From: Felis catus
Taxonomy: Eukaryota
DNA: 64,000 bases
Reading direction: 5' to 3'
NCBI RefSeq assembly: GCF_018350175.1
Contig: NC_058378.1
Location: forward strand, 70,804,001 to 70,868,000
Under the pieces are notes generated by a model. That model saw only the letters and a list, made by a program, of their open reading frames with translations, was not told the origin of the DNA and did not search any database. How positions within the stretch are numbered: the first letter of the stretch is position 1; every line of letters begins with the position of its first letter. Below are positions 37,768-50,470 of this stretch, in pieces. Both the position numbers and the translations under genes were made by a program.

Positions 37768-39482
37768 TTCTTTTCAAGAAGACAAGTTAAGTCCAGAGGT
37801 TCAGAAAAGTTGTAAAAAAGAAAGAAAAAAAAAAAAAGAAAGAAGAGAAGAGAAGGATGTCAATGGTCTCTTTTTAGAAGTTGCCAGCAGTCGCCTTTCT
37901 GAAGTTGCAGTGCAGCTTTGTGGATGCACTCTCTATCCAGCTGCTGCACATCTGGAATTTTGGGGTTGTACCTCTGGTGCTCCATGCAAAATAGCAAAAA
38001 AAACCACCTTTGGTTTTTCTGACCCATGTGGTTTCATAGCCTTTTCCAGACTTGAGCTGTGGAAAATTGCTGCTCTTGGCTTGAAAGTCACAGTTTAGCA
38101 AGTGGTGTTTCAGGGGAACTGGTGGGCCCGAAGATTAATTTGTATTTGCTGCCTCCTGGGGCTCCCAATCAGCCACTTGGCTCCCAGAAGCCCCCAGTCT
38201 GAGTGTTGCAATGGACACCAGGGGCGGGAAGAATGTGGCACAAATGTCGCCAGTGAGAACAGCCTCACTGTCCAGATACCTCCTGGTTTGTGCATTTTCC
38301 CCCAAATCACCGTCAGATATACAAAAAGAGAGATGGGGGACATCTGTGTCTGTCACCAAGCATAGAATGCCTCCTGTCCCGGGGACCTGGAGGTGGTGGC
38401 ACTCTGGTATGGCTTTGCCTCGCTTCTTCTCCCAGCCACGTGACCCACCTGAGATGCTTCATGCCAGGTCTGCTGATTAGCACGAGAAAAGAGGTTATGG
38501 TGACCAGAGGGAATCCACTGACCAACTAACTGAGCTTATTTTTCCAAACACAGTACAGTACATATGGGAGAAAGGTCGCTGGGCTCTAAATGTAGTGAAT
38601 TGGCTCAGCAAATAGTCCCTTTCCCACTCCTAAGTAGCAGTGAGTCCCAAAGGATGTTGAATTTTCCCTATGTGACTTTTAGAAATGGAGTAGAATTTTG
38701 GATGGGCGTGGGGAGAGTAGTGCACAGGTTTAAATAAATAGATACAGATATATTCTCTTTGTTCCAATATACAATCATCCACAGCATTGTGCTGATCATT
38801 AAAGTGCTTTGGGGAATGGTATTTCCTTTGATGCAAAGCGCTAAATGAAAATGAGAAAAGCAAATGGGATCCCAGTCCCAATTTTGCATGGTGCTCACTT
38901 TGTGCATAAACACAGATTCCAGCCCCCTATCCCCCCATGAAAGCTTGCCTGCATTTGCTTCCTGTGAACTCTTACAGCAGCATCCGCCATCTGTAGCCCT
39001 CATTTTGCATGGAACATTTCCTGATTCTAATAATAATAATAATAATAATTAATTAATAAACTTCCCAGGCATTTCCATGTTTCCATTTTTCTCAACTCTC
39101 CCATAAGGCCCTGGAAGGCAGACTTTTGCTCACTGTATCCCCAGCATCAAGTTCAGGGTCCTCCCTTTTGGGGAGTCTCAAAATAATTTACTAGTGTGGA
39201 AATAATCACATAGGTCAGATATACAGCCCATCCCAGCAAGGACAAGTATCCTGCAGTAGGAAACGGCCGTTCAACCCAAGAAACACTTGCTGATGTCTTC
39301 TTGGGGTCATGGCTCACAGTGACTATAACAGTAAAGAAGCTCCTAGTTCCAGAGGTAAATGCCCTTGTGCTGGGCACTTGGCCACCTTCGATGTGAACTG
39401 AAGGCACAGATACAGGAAATGGAGAGAATCTGGGTATAGCCTAGCTTTATGTTATGGAAAGAAAAGGTTTGGTACGCTGAAG

Positions 39483-39659
39483 TCAGCTGTTACACGCACA
39501 GGAAAATTACAGGAATTTTGAGAGCCTGTTGTTAAATCATTGGTAACGTGAAATTGGCTGTGGTGAGAGTATTCACACCATGGAAATAGGCAGACGCCAC
39601 AAATCAGGCTCCTCCCACCCCACCTCATTGTGGAGAGCTGGTTTACCAGAACACTACTG
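39483..39659. mobile_element. hAT-Blackjack relic (MER63-like)
   Basis: caggaattttgagagcctgttgttaaa...gagtattcacaccatggaaatagg...gagagctggtttaccagaacactactg. Confidence 0.7.
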
Positions 39660-40189
39660 CCAGCATCTGACCATCTGCGGGCAGGCAAGAGTAATTTTTC
39701 TGAGCAAAAGCTTCAAGCCAACTGTGATCTTAACTGCCCTTCGTTGCACAAAGCACCAGCCTCTGCCAACAGCAACCTTTGGTCCCAGGAACGAAGGTTG
39801 GACATTATCTGTAGCTGAGAATGTTTGGTCACTTCTAGGTCTTGTCAGTTACATCTGCTAAGCAGACAACACTTACACCATAGCTTTTCTTACAAAGGAC
39901 TACAACATGTGTCCATATATATTATGTGGTTTTTGAACTTGTACGATTCTTTGATTATGGACTCTCAGAGCACTGCATAAATTAAATCAACCATTGCTCC
40001 TAAGAGTGGTCTCCCAGGGTGAACGAGGAATAACTATAGATGGCATGAGTATCCATGCCTGAGACTTTCTTCGTGGATTTTTGCTGCCTTTTATTTGTAC
40101 TTCTCTATTTATAACGTTTCCCCGGTTGACTTTATCTAGATAAAGGATAGGGACTAGATAATAGACTCTCATATACAGATAGCACCCGA

Positions 40190-40822
40190 ATCCAGCAATA
40201 ATGTCTCCACTGACTGCAGACTCATATCCAAATTCTTCCTTGACATCTCCACCAGGATATTTAAAGGGTGGCTCAAACCTCTTGAAAGGTTAAATTGGCT
40301 CGTGTCACTCCTTCTTCCAAAGGCTTCTCATCTCACGCCAAATCCCAATCTGCAACATGGTCCGATCGAGATCCCCAACCCATCACTTCCCTGTCCTCTC
40401 ACCGTTCTCCCCACTGCCCTGCTGGTTTCTGTGCTGTCTCTCCAATGTGGCAGACAGGCTCCAACTTAGGAGACCTTGCCATTCCCTCTTCCTGGAAAAT
40501 TCTTTCACCAGGTGTCCTCATGGTTTCCTCCCTTACCTCCTCCAAGTCTTTACCAAAGGCTTGCTAGGGAGGTCTTCCTCAAGTACTGTATTTTGAATTA
40601 CAACCTCCCTTCACACTCCCCACCCTTTCCCTTATCCCCACCGCCTATCACCTCTTAACAAACTACATCTTACTGACTTTCCTGTTTACTGGGTTTTCTT
40701 CCCCATGAGAGTGTAAGCTGTCTGAGGGCAAGTATTTTAGTCCAGTTTGTTCACCGTTGTACCATTAAGACTTACAGTGCTCGGTACATAGTAGGGATTC
40801 AGCGAATACTTATTGAATGATA
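40190..40822 (+). mobile_element. L2 3' region
   Basis: ...gtgtaagctgtctgagggcaag...ttgttcaccgttgtacc...acatagtaggg...atacttattgaatga. Confidence 0.75.
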
Positions 40823-40829
40823 ACTGACA

Positions 40830-41560
40830 ACCTTGGTGTCTGTCCTCAGACCTCCTCCTCTCCCAGTCTTTGGCTCTGCCTGTGGGAGCACCACGTCACT
40901 CAGGAACTCAGAATACAACCGTGAGCTACCCTCACCTTCTACATCTAGCCCATTGGCAAGTGCTGACCGCTCTACCACTGAAATATATCTTGAATCTGGG
41001 GCACGTGGGTGGCTCAGGCGGCGAAGCGTCCAACTCGGTTTTGGCTCAGGCCGTGATCTCATGGTTTATGGGTTGGAGCCCCAAGTCAGGCTCCTCACTG
41101 AGAGTGCAGAGCCTGCCTGGGATTCTCTCTCTCCCTGCACCCCCCTCTCTCTGCCCCTCCCCTGCTCACTCTCTCTCTCAAAATAAATAAATAAACTTAA
41201 AAAAAAAAGGAAAAAATATATCTTGAATCTGATCACATGCTTCTCCTTCCCCACAACCACCATTCCCATGGCGACTGGACTACTGCAATCATCTCCCCCC
41301 TGGGCTTCTTGCCTCCGGGCTCAGCCCTCTCCCGATCCCTCATGCCCACCCCTTCATGTGCACACACTGCCAGAGCGAGCTTTTCTTAAAATGTCAAAAA
41401 GAACACGACTCCTCGGGTGCAAACCTCCCCCGGGCTTCTCACCGCATGGAAAATTAAATCCACGCTGCCCGACTTGGCCGGACTCTTCCGGACTCATCTC
41501 TGACACGCTCCCCTTGTTCCCTCTCCTTCAACTTTCCTGCAGTGAGTGCCCACTCTGTGA
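40830..41560 (+). mobile_element. L2 fragment split by a SINE
   Basis: ctctaccactgaaatatatcttgaatctg...cttctcc...ctggactactgcaat...ccagagcgagcttttcttaaaatg. Confidence 0.65.
40998..41213 (+). mobile_element. Can-SINE
   Basis: Perfect 17-bp TSD aaatatatcttgaatct (40981-40997, 41214-41230). Confidence 0.95.
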
Positions 41561-41859
41561 CAGCGCTGTTCGAGGTGTCTGGGACACAACATGAGACAAA
41601 ATGGAAGGGTATCTATGCTCTCGTGGAGCTCCCATTCCAAAAAATGGCAAACCGGAAACACGACAATAATTCATAATATAGGACATGAGAAGGTGAGGAG
41701 TGCCATGGAAAACAGAGAGAGAAATTAGAGGGAATTGGAAGCGCTGAGTTAGGGCAGCGAGAGCAGTGTTGAATAGGTCGGCGCTGGGGCAGGCAAGGCA
41801 GGGGCAAAAATGAGGGAGGCGAGCCACCCTGGTCATCCCTCGCCGTTCCGAGAACAAGC

Positions 41860-42420
41860 TGGGCTGGGCTCCTACTGGGTCACCCCAGCTAAGCTCGAAC
41901 TCCGTTTCTTAGAATTCCTGCGTGGGCACAGCTCCCGATCAGCATGGGCCACGGTGGTGCACGAGGCGTGGGAGGCAGAAATGGAGCCCCAGCAACATTC
42001 TTTTCTGCAGGGAAAGTCAATGCCAGGCTCCAGGTCAATGCGGCTCGCTCACACGGAGGCCCTTCTGCGGGCCTGTTTGGCTGGATAGCAGCCGAGCCCC
42101 GGCACCTCCGGGGCCCAAAGGATCTCTTCTTTCAGGAACTCCAGCTCCCACCCAGGTGTGCACTTCGCCCCGTGACAAAGGGCATCGAGATCGGAGGCTC
42201 GAAGGCGCCTGCGAGACCCATCAGGTGGCAGCCCATCCTGGCGGCGACCAGCCTGTCCTTCCTTCCCTCGCTCCATGGCCTCTTGCATTATCCCCCCGCT
42301 GCCTGTTCTGCTGGCTTCCGATGGAGCACGGAGAGCGCACTGCACAAGCCACAGCCCCAGGTCCACTGCGAGGTAACCACCCCCCACGGCCCGTGAGGCC
42401 AAATCCCGAAACGGCTAACT
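41860..42420. mobile_element. Probable old ERVL LTR (LTR41/LTR79-like), unusually CpG-rich
   Basis: gaactccgtttcttagaattcc...tgggaggcagaaatggagc...gtgaggccaaatccc resemble recalled old ERVL LTR motifs; weak match. Confidence 0.35.
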
Positions 42421-42570
42421 AAATGCAGTCTTACAGGATTTATTATAAGGATAATATATTTTTACCACCTTACTGTACACATAATGGCTGGCCCCTTATC
42501 ATTTAATCTGGGCTCATATGTCACCATCCTATACACATCGTAGCTGAGCACCTAAAACAGAACTTTCTCT

Positions 42571-42782
42571 GGGGCGCCTGGGTGGCTCAGTCAGATAGGT
42601 GTCCGACTCTTGGTTTCGGCTCAGGCCCTGATCTCGCAGTTTGTGGGTTTGAGCCCCGCATCAGGCTCTGGGCTGGCGGTGGGGAGCCTGCTTGGAATTC
42701 TCTCTCTCTCTCCCTCTCTGCCCCCTCCCCTGCTTGTGGTCTCTCTCTCTCTCAAAATAAATAAAAGAAGAAGAAGAAGAAA
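42571..42782 (+). mobile_element. Can-SINE with (GAA)n tail
   Basis: Full head and body; tail aaataaataaaagaagaagaagaaga. Confidence 0.95.
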
Positions 42783-42863
42783 TGTCTGCAGTCATTCCAC
42801 ATCCCCACACCTATTTTTTTTTTCTTTTTTGGTGGAGATTACTCCCTGAAGTTATTCATTTAT

Positions 42864-43098
42864 CTGTTTATTTATTTACTTTAATTTTTTCTTATGTTTT
42901 ATTTTATCTTTGAGAGAGAGAGAGACAGAGTGTGAATGGGGGAGGAGCAGAGAGAGAGAGGGAGACTCAGAACCCGAAGCAGCTCCAGGCTCCAAGCTGT
43001 CAGCCCAGAGCCCAATGTGGGGCCTGAACCCATGAACCGCGAGATCATGACCTGAGCTGAAGTCAGACGCTTAACCGACCAAGCCACCCAGGTGCCTC
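42864..43098 (-). mobile_element. Can-SINE
   Basis: Antisense copy. TSD tgaagttattcatttat / tgaaattatttatttat. Confidence 0.95.
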
Positions 43099-44729
43099 TG
43101 AAATTATTTATTTATTTTTAATTTGGTTACTTGTTTACTACCAAGGCCTATCCTATTCATCACTCTGTCTTCAGTGCCCAAAACACAGACCGCTCACGGT
43201 AGGAATTCAAAACAATAAAGACTGAATAAATGTATCTGATGTCTTGTTTTTGGCGTCTGCCAACAGATTTCTGAATACCAAAGCAAGCTAAATGGCTTCA
43301 ACTACGCGTGCAAATCTCACATGGACTTGATGAAAAACCTCCAGCATTTATACATAAAGTTTATAAATGAAAACATAAAGCATTTCATTGATTCTATTAG
43401 TCAAAATTACTTTTGCCAACAAATGTTAAAAGCACAACCAAACCAAAAACAAACCTTTTTTTTTTTTGTATCATACTATTCATTCCACACAAAAGAACAA
43501 CAACAACAAAACCTTGTGCTTCGTAGAGCTAAATATTAAAACAGCTACAAGACAACATCTTCGGTTAATAACTTACACCCAAACCTAAGGGGCGAGAGCA
43601 AATGTTCAAGCTTGACATTAACTCTCTGGCAAGAAATCGAGCTAAAGGTTTTTCCTCGCGGGAAAATCCAGAGTTAGAAGGTTTTAAACATTAAGCTGAA
43701 ACAAGAAAATGCTTTAAAGCAAACGACTGTGTTTTATACTTTCACAATGTCCAGCCGAAGACGCTACTGAGTTGAAACTTCTCCAGCTAATGCTGCCATG
43801 GAATAGTGCTCCTCATTTTTGCCAATAGCCCATTTTACTGGTCACTGGCTACTCCTTCAGGACATTAGGCTGACGTTTGTTCATCTTACTTTTGTTTCCT
43901 TTACAGTCTCGACTCTTAGCAGCCCACCTCGCTGCAGATCTTTGGCACCAAAAGCCCCATTTAAAAGAACACAGTGTCTTCTTACCGGGGCCGATCCCGG
44001 CATGATTTTTTTTTTTCCCTCCTCAACGTAGTTGCATGTTAATTCCTGCGTCGAACTAATATGTATTGATCATCTATTGCGTTCCAGAGGCTGTTTGGGT
44101 TTCAAGGTCATTGTCTGGGAGGAGTTCCTTCCTTTTCTGGCCCGGAAATATTACACTGCTGACCTGAAGCAGCAAGTCTGGCCCTTCCTGGTTTTCCCGG
44201 ACATTCTCCCCGAGGCCATTCGGGGTGGAACGTTTCCTGCTGCCATTCCTCCAATTCTCTACCGCCGATTTCTATCTGCCCCCGGTTAAGTGCTCTTCCT
44301 TCCCATTTTTGTTCCTGCCCTTTTAAAGTCTGAGGGCATCAGAGGACTTCCTGTGCGGCCTCTGGTGTTACTAGCTCCACTCCCCTTTCTGCTGCAGGAG
44401 GGTCATTTGCAATGGCAGGTGCAGAGTGACATTTCTGAGAGCATCCCAACCCCCTTGAGACATGATGCATTCGAAAATCTCTGACCGTGACATCTGGCCT
44501 GTCTCTCCTCTGATCTTTGGGAAATCTGCTTCCCTCAAGTCTCGATTGTATGTTTTACTGCAAAACTTTCCTCATCCTTGGCCGTCATGCACTCAAAAAT
44601 GGATTCTGGGTCCAGGAAGCCATGGATTTGAATCCTGGGGCTCCCACTTATGGGCAATGTCACCTCGGCAAGTCAGTGAGTCTGCTTGTACCTAAGTTTC
44701 CTGACCTGTACAAAAGAGGGGCTACTCAC

Positions 44730-44953
44730 AGGGCGCCTGGGTGGCTCAGTCGGTTGAGCATTCAACTTTGGCTCAGGTCAGGATCTCATGGTTCATGGGT
44801 TCGAGCCCTGCCTCAGGCTCTGTGCTGACAGCTCAGAGCCTGGAGACTGCTTTGGCTTCTGTGGCTCCCTCTATCTCTCTGCCCACCCCCACGCCCCCAC
44901 CCCCCGTTTGCTCTCTCTCTCTCAAAAATAAATAAACATTAAAAATTTTTTTA
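44730..44953 (+). mobile_element. Can-SINE inserted at the end of a MIR (~44600-44720)
   Basis: TSD aaaagaggggctactc / aaaagagggttactc. Confidence 0.95.
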
Positions 44954-44969
44954 AAAAGAGGGTTACTCT

Positions 44970-45496
44970 GACGACTCTATTTTCCAAAGATGGCCACATC
45001 AATAAATATATATGCGTGCCCCGTCCCATATTGTTTTCTCACAACACCATATGGACACCTCCATATCTGGGCAGGCAGAAACGTGGATTACCAAAAAGCA
45101 ACAAATAACTTTTTTGTGTGAGTATGTCCCAAATACTGCACAGGACATATGCATACTAATAGAGCTATTTGTTGTTTCTCTGAAATTTAAATTTTAAGTG
45201 AATGTCCTATATTTTATACGGGAAGTGCACTTTGGAGCCCAGAGCCAGCACATAAGAAGTTTGGCTCCCCTCAAACTACTGGGTATTCCAGTTCCTCAGT
45301 GTTTGAGTGTTCCCAACCCAGGCATCAGACATATGTCCGAAGAAGCCTCAGGAATATTCCTTCCTCAGCTATCGTCTGCCTTAGACGAACCCAGTCAATC
45401 CTCGGAACCATAAGGGATGATAATGATAGATAATTATTACTGGTTTTAAGCCATTAAACTTGGGGGCAGTTTGTTATGCAATAGATCACTAATACA
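44970..45496 (+). mobile_element. MaLR LTR (MLT1G/H-like) interrupted by MER53
   Basis: Starts gactctattttccaaagatggccac; ends ttttaagccattaaacttgggggcagtttgttatgcaatagatcactaataca. Confidence 0.7.
45085..45218. mobile_element. MER53 palindromic hAT element
   Basis: caacaaataactttt...agtatgtcccaaatactgcacaggacatatgcatact...tttgttgtttctctgaaatttaaatttt...tcctatattttat. Confidence 0.8.
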
Positions 45497-46199
45497 ATTA
45501 ACTACTTCATAGTAGTTAATGTTTTAAGAACATGTTTGTTTTAAGAACATAACATGGTAATGCCCCTAGCATAGCCCCTGGAACAGATTTCTCTTCCTCT
45601 CCCCCCAGCCAACACATAAAACCATCTGTACACACGCGTGATGCCCCACGGTCTTTTTTCTCCCAAGCTTACTTTTATTTCCACTGAACTAATTTCTCTT
45701 TCTGGCCAGAATTGGATCCTGAGGGTGTCAGTTGCTTCCCCAAAACACTTTCCCAAATTTCTGGGAGATTAAACTCATAGCCAAGCAAGAAATGTCAGAC
45801 ACTGTGTTCTAGCTCTGAGACCCCCTCGCTGAAGTCCCCACGTTTCTCTTTCTCATGGCCCTCTGTCAATTCTGTGATCAGCTTTGACAATCTCTTTTTA
45901 TCTACCCGTAATATGGCCCCACAAAAGCCACTTCTGTTCTTGTCTCTTTTTGTCCTTACACAAAGACTACTCACACCTCCATCAATTTCCATGAAGATGT
46001 TCACCGATTATTATTTGTATGTTTGCTTGTCTTCGCGTGTCTTCTCCTATTGTGTGCAGAGCCAATATGTCATGAGTGTTAGTTTCTGATGATTCAGTCT
46101 CTCCAGTGTCCTACCCCATCCCGCTTCAGTCAGCTCAATGATACATTCGTGTCTATTCCTCTCTTGCTGTATGTTTAGACAAGCAGAGGCATAGGATCT

Positions 46200-46666
46200 T
46201 ATGGTAGGCTGAATAATGGCTCCCTATTCACCCAAAGATGTGCATGTTTTAATCCTTGGCACCTTTGAATATGTTATCAAAGGGACTTTGCAGGTATGAC
46301 TAAGTTAAGGACCTTGAGATGGAGAGATTATGTAGAATTATCCAAATGAACCCAAAGTAATTACAAGGGTCCTGATAAAAGAGAGGCAGCAGGGACAGAG
46401 AGAGATAGAGATGTGTTGACGAAAGCAGAGGTCAGCGTGATGTGTGGCCATGAGCCAAGGAATGCAGTGGCCTCTAGAAGCTGGCCAAGTCAGGGAAATG
46501 GATTCTCCCTTAGAGCCTCCAGCAGGAACGCAGCTCTATGGACACCTTGCTATTAAGCCCTTTGAGGCTGATTGTGGACTTCTGACCCTCAGAACCCAAG
46601 TAAATCTGTGTTATTTTAAGTCACTGAGTTTGTGGGAATTTGTTGCAGCAATGGAAAACCAGCACA
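46200..46666 (+). mobile_element. MaLR solo LTR (MLT1D-like)
   Basis: tggtaggctgaataatggc...agggactttgcagg...gagccaaggaatgcag...ttttaagtcactgagtttgtgg...gaaaaccagcaca. Confidence 0.88.
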
Positions 46667-47026
46667 GACCTCCATGAGTCTTACGAAGTTACTTACCCTT
46701 TGGGGGAGGGGACCTTTCTAGCCTTGTTCAAGAAGAAAGATTATTTACATGCTATAAGTGTATTTGTTTGTAATTATGACCTCACCTCCTTTCCTAAAGA
46801 GTTTGAGATGACACATTAAGAAATAGACTCTCTATTTTTATTTGACCCAAATGAGCTCCAGTTTTAGAGAGAGAGAAAGGTACAAACTCATGTGTGAGGA
46901 TGGAGTATGTTTAGAAAGATGAAAAGAAACAATTCAATCCCACTGTGTATCTGCACTCCCAGGTTTCTTATGTTCGGGATTCAATCTGCCTCTGGTTTAC
47001 AGTGAGAAGGAGACAAGACATTGATC

Positions 47027-47457
47027 TGTGATTCACACTGCTAGCTTTCACCAAACCCACACCCTCTCCTCCTGGGCACTAGCTGGACAGCACTTCCCAA
47101 CCATCTTGCAGTCGGGTGGCGCTTGGGACTGAGGTCTAGTCAATGGAATATGAGTGGATGATGTGTGCCACATCCAAGCTTGTCCTCCCCCAAACCTCCC
47201 AGGCATGTTTTTCTATGTTCTTTACCCTTCCATTGGCTTGAGACAGATAATCACAACCTTGAAAGCAACACGTTGGATATATCACAAAACGAAAGGGACC
47301 TGGGTCCCTGAATCACTGCTTGGAGGAGAATTACCAACCCATGAGGGACATCCGTTTTGGACTCTAAGTGAATGAGAAATTAGCTTGTATTGTTTCGAGC
47401 AATTACTCATCTTGGAATTATTTCTGATTGCAGCCAACATTACCTGAAGGTAACACA
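47027..47457 (+). mobile_element. MaLR LTR (MLT1J/I-like)
   Basis: cacttcccaaccatcttgcagt...gtcaatggaatatgagtgga...ctgggtccctgaatcactgc...gaatgagaaattagcttgtattg. Confidence 0.7.
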
Positions 47458-47866
47458 CAGTGCAAATCCCAAGTATTTGGGGTAAGTACAGCCTGTTTTG
47501 CAGACAGGTATACCATGGGATCAAAGCCACCTGTAAGAAGCTGATCAAGGCTTATGTTTCACTGCGAACACAGCAGGTTTTATAGACATGCCTTGAAGAA
47601 TGGTTCTTTGTAGGTTTTCCTGGCTTGGCCCAATGAAAGCCACTGCTGATGCAACAAACCCTTCTCCTAATGCATTACATAACTTGTATTAACAAAAACA
47701 GCATGGTTTTAGTATTTTCACTGTGGTCTAAGTCTGAATGAGGAAATCACTTAATACCCTTGACTTTCTCAAAACACATATCTCTGGACACAGCCGTCCC
47801 AACATTCTTTGAGCGTCCCAGAGCAATGCCACCCCACAAGTATACACTTGTCTCTGAACCTAAGAT

Positions 47867-47981
47867 TAGGGTGACCAACCACCCCGGCTTGCCTGAACCT
47901 GAGGGGATTCATAAGATGTGAGACTTTCAGTTTTAAAAACCAGGACAGGGCCAAGAAAATTGGAAAAAGCTGGTCACCCTT
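47867..47981. mobile_element. MER94-like hAT-Blackjack MITE
   Basis: Terminal inverted repeats agggtgacca (47868-47877) / tggtcaccct (47971-47980); internal gagactttcagttttaaaaacc. Confidence 0.8.
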
Positions 47982-48857
47982 CGAGATACTATTCTGCTGG
48001 AAGCACATCTACCTAGATGGCTGAAAATCCTGAAGGGAACAAAGAAAAGGGAATTTTTCCCGCCTTCTACCAGGAAGGGCATACTCTCAACTTAGGACAT
48101 GATAGGCGTCCTTAAGGCACTACTCACCAGGAAAATCCCAGAGACTCTGATTCATCCAGTGGTTGTGCCCATGCCTCGCAAAGGCCAAGGGCCAATGATG
48201 AAGTCAGATGGTTGGGAATGTGTCCTCAGCCTGTCTTGTGTTCTCTCTTGCACAGCAGGGCAGACGGCGAGAACGCTTTGGAAGCAGAATGGTGGCGCTA
48301 CATAGGGAAGGTGGGCGTGGATGCAGCAGAAGGAACTCTAACAGGAGACAACAGCTGGGGTGGAGAGTGTAGGGGGAGAGTACGGCCCCAGGTGGTACAA
48401 CCATCTGCTCTTCTGCCCTGGAATTTCTTTGTCACCCTGCTAACTCACAAACACTTGCCATCGGATTAGCTCACGTCGTGGTTCCTAGGATGCTGGGCTG
48501 TTAATTCATCTGCGTGGTCCTCACTCCACAGTGCCGTCTACCCCACCCCAGGGACACGGAGTGTCATCCCTCTGACACTAACTTACAGAAGTAGAAGCAG
48601 TTCACTGTCACCCCAGTGAAAATCAGGTCAGGCAACGTGAGGGAATGCAACTCTCAGCCTTCCCTCTGCCACTGTCTCCATGTTGGCCAGGTCTCATGCT
48701 CTCTCTACTCTTAACTACCACAGACGTTTCTGTATATTGCCTCACTGTTTAAGTTTAAATAATTGTGTTTGAAAAGGAAATTTCGTATCACCAACATAAG
48801 TTAGAAAACCAGTATCCTTTGAGAAAACCATGATTATCATTAAAAAAATCAAATACA

Positions 48858-49067
48858 GGGGCACCTGGGTGGCGCAGTCGGTTAGGCGTCCGACTTCAGC
48901 CAGGTCACGATCTCGCGGTCCGTGAGTTCGAGCCCCGCGTCAGGCTCTGGGCTGATGGCTCGGAGCCTGGAGCCTGTTTCTGATTCTGTGTCTCCCTCTC
49001 TCTCTGCCCCTCCCCTGTTCATGCTCTGTCTCTCTCTGTCCCAAATATAAATAAACGCTGAAAAGAA
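48858..49067 (+). mobile_element. Can-SINE (youngest felid type)
   Basis: ggcgcagtcgg...cagccaggtcacg. TSD aaaaaaatcaaataca (48842-48857, 49068-49083). Confidence 0.97.
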
Positions 49068-49479
49068 AAAAAAATCAAATACAATGAAAGCAAAGCGGTG
49101 TTATTCGATTCCTACTGGATGTGATATCAGATGGAAAGCTCCAACTGTGAGGTCTGCTCTCTCTCTTGATTAGAAAGGGACATTAACAGGAGTTAGAGAA
49201 ACCCTATAGATGTACTCAACACCACCCTGAGGCTTTCGCCTTAGTTACTGAAAGAGAAGGGGGGCAGAATACAATGTTCCCACTCTGGGATTCACTGGTA
49301 TTTAACCCTGTGTTCTGCATCACCAAAACCTACCTCATACACAATCATGGGCTAATTGAAATTGCACTTTAAACCATTGTCTGTAAAGTCCTCAACACAG
49401 CCTGAGATTCCAATTCCTTCTCTCCCTAGTAGGCGGATATTCCCACTGAACAAGATCCTAATCCCAAACCTTTTCCTCT

Positions 49480-50470
49480 CTGCTCTGTCCACACCCCAGC
49501 TCTCAGTGGCCTCTTACATATTTTAGAAACTAATAGCAATTAGCTAGCAATCTCACTCTCTGTCCTTTCCTTCAACCTCGCTAATGAACACGTACACTCC
49601 TATCTCTAATCTTAAGAGGAACCCCCTTTTTTCATCCACCTCCAGCCACTTTCCCATTTTTCTGCTCTTTCTCACATCCAAACTTCTCAAAGGAATTGTC
49701 CACACACCCACTGGATCCACCTCCCTTTCACTCCTTAACCTCAACATCTGCCAGGGCTTGGCCCTCGAGCCCCTTTCTTAGCTCCCTCCACACTCTATCA
49801 CAAGAAGATCTTAGTATTCCCACAGCTGTATCATCCATAATCTGTAAATGCCTGGAAAATGTCTCTCCAACCTGAGTCACCACTGAGCTCTGCACAGATG
49901 CTCATTGAATATCTCCACTTGGATGTCTTACAAGCATTTTAGATTTCATATTCCAAAATGATCTTGTGATTTTTCCTCTTCCCTAGTCTTTCTCATTTCA
50001 GTGAAGGGTGCCACCATCACCAATGGTCTGAACCAGGATCTTGGGAGTAATGCTTGGTTCTGTCCCCCTCTCTCCCTCTCTCCTCTTTCTCAATCCCACT
50101 TCTATGGCTATACTTTCAGGATATATCCCCAACCCATCCTCTTCTCTCCATCTGCACTGCCACCTCCCTAATCCAAGCCACCACCATTCTCTCTTCTGGA
50201 TTGTTGAATGGCCCTATCTTTCCCATACTCCAGAGGTATCTTCATTAAACATATCATATCACATTTTTTCGAAGCCAATCTGTGGCTTCCTGCTGAATAC
50301 AGAATGAAACCCAAACTTACTACCAAACCTCCAGAGCTCTACAAAATCTACCTCTGCCAACTTCTCAAATCCCATCAAATGTCTCTCTCTATCTCTCTCC
50401 TACTACCTTGAAATCGCCACTGGCTTTCAATAAATGAATGGCTTTGAATGAATTAATAAAATGAATGAAT
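49480..50470 (+). mobile_element. L2 (long degenerate fragment)
   Basis: atatctccacttggatgtct...tctcatttcagtgaagggtgccaccatc...caccaccattctct...aatgaatgaatgaa. Confidence 0.7.

Noticed and set aside
37560-38100. TATA-like cctataaat, AP-1 site and a 124-aa ORF suggesting a gene start
   Set aside because: The ORF is built from (CT)n and A-rich tracts, with no recognisable product or convincing splice structure.
41922-42422. 166-aa and 150-aa overlapping ORFs
   Set aside because: Stop-codon scarcity from high GC in probable LTR-derived sequence.
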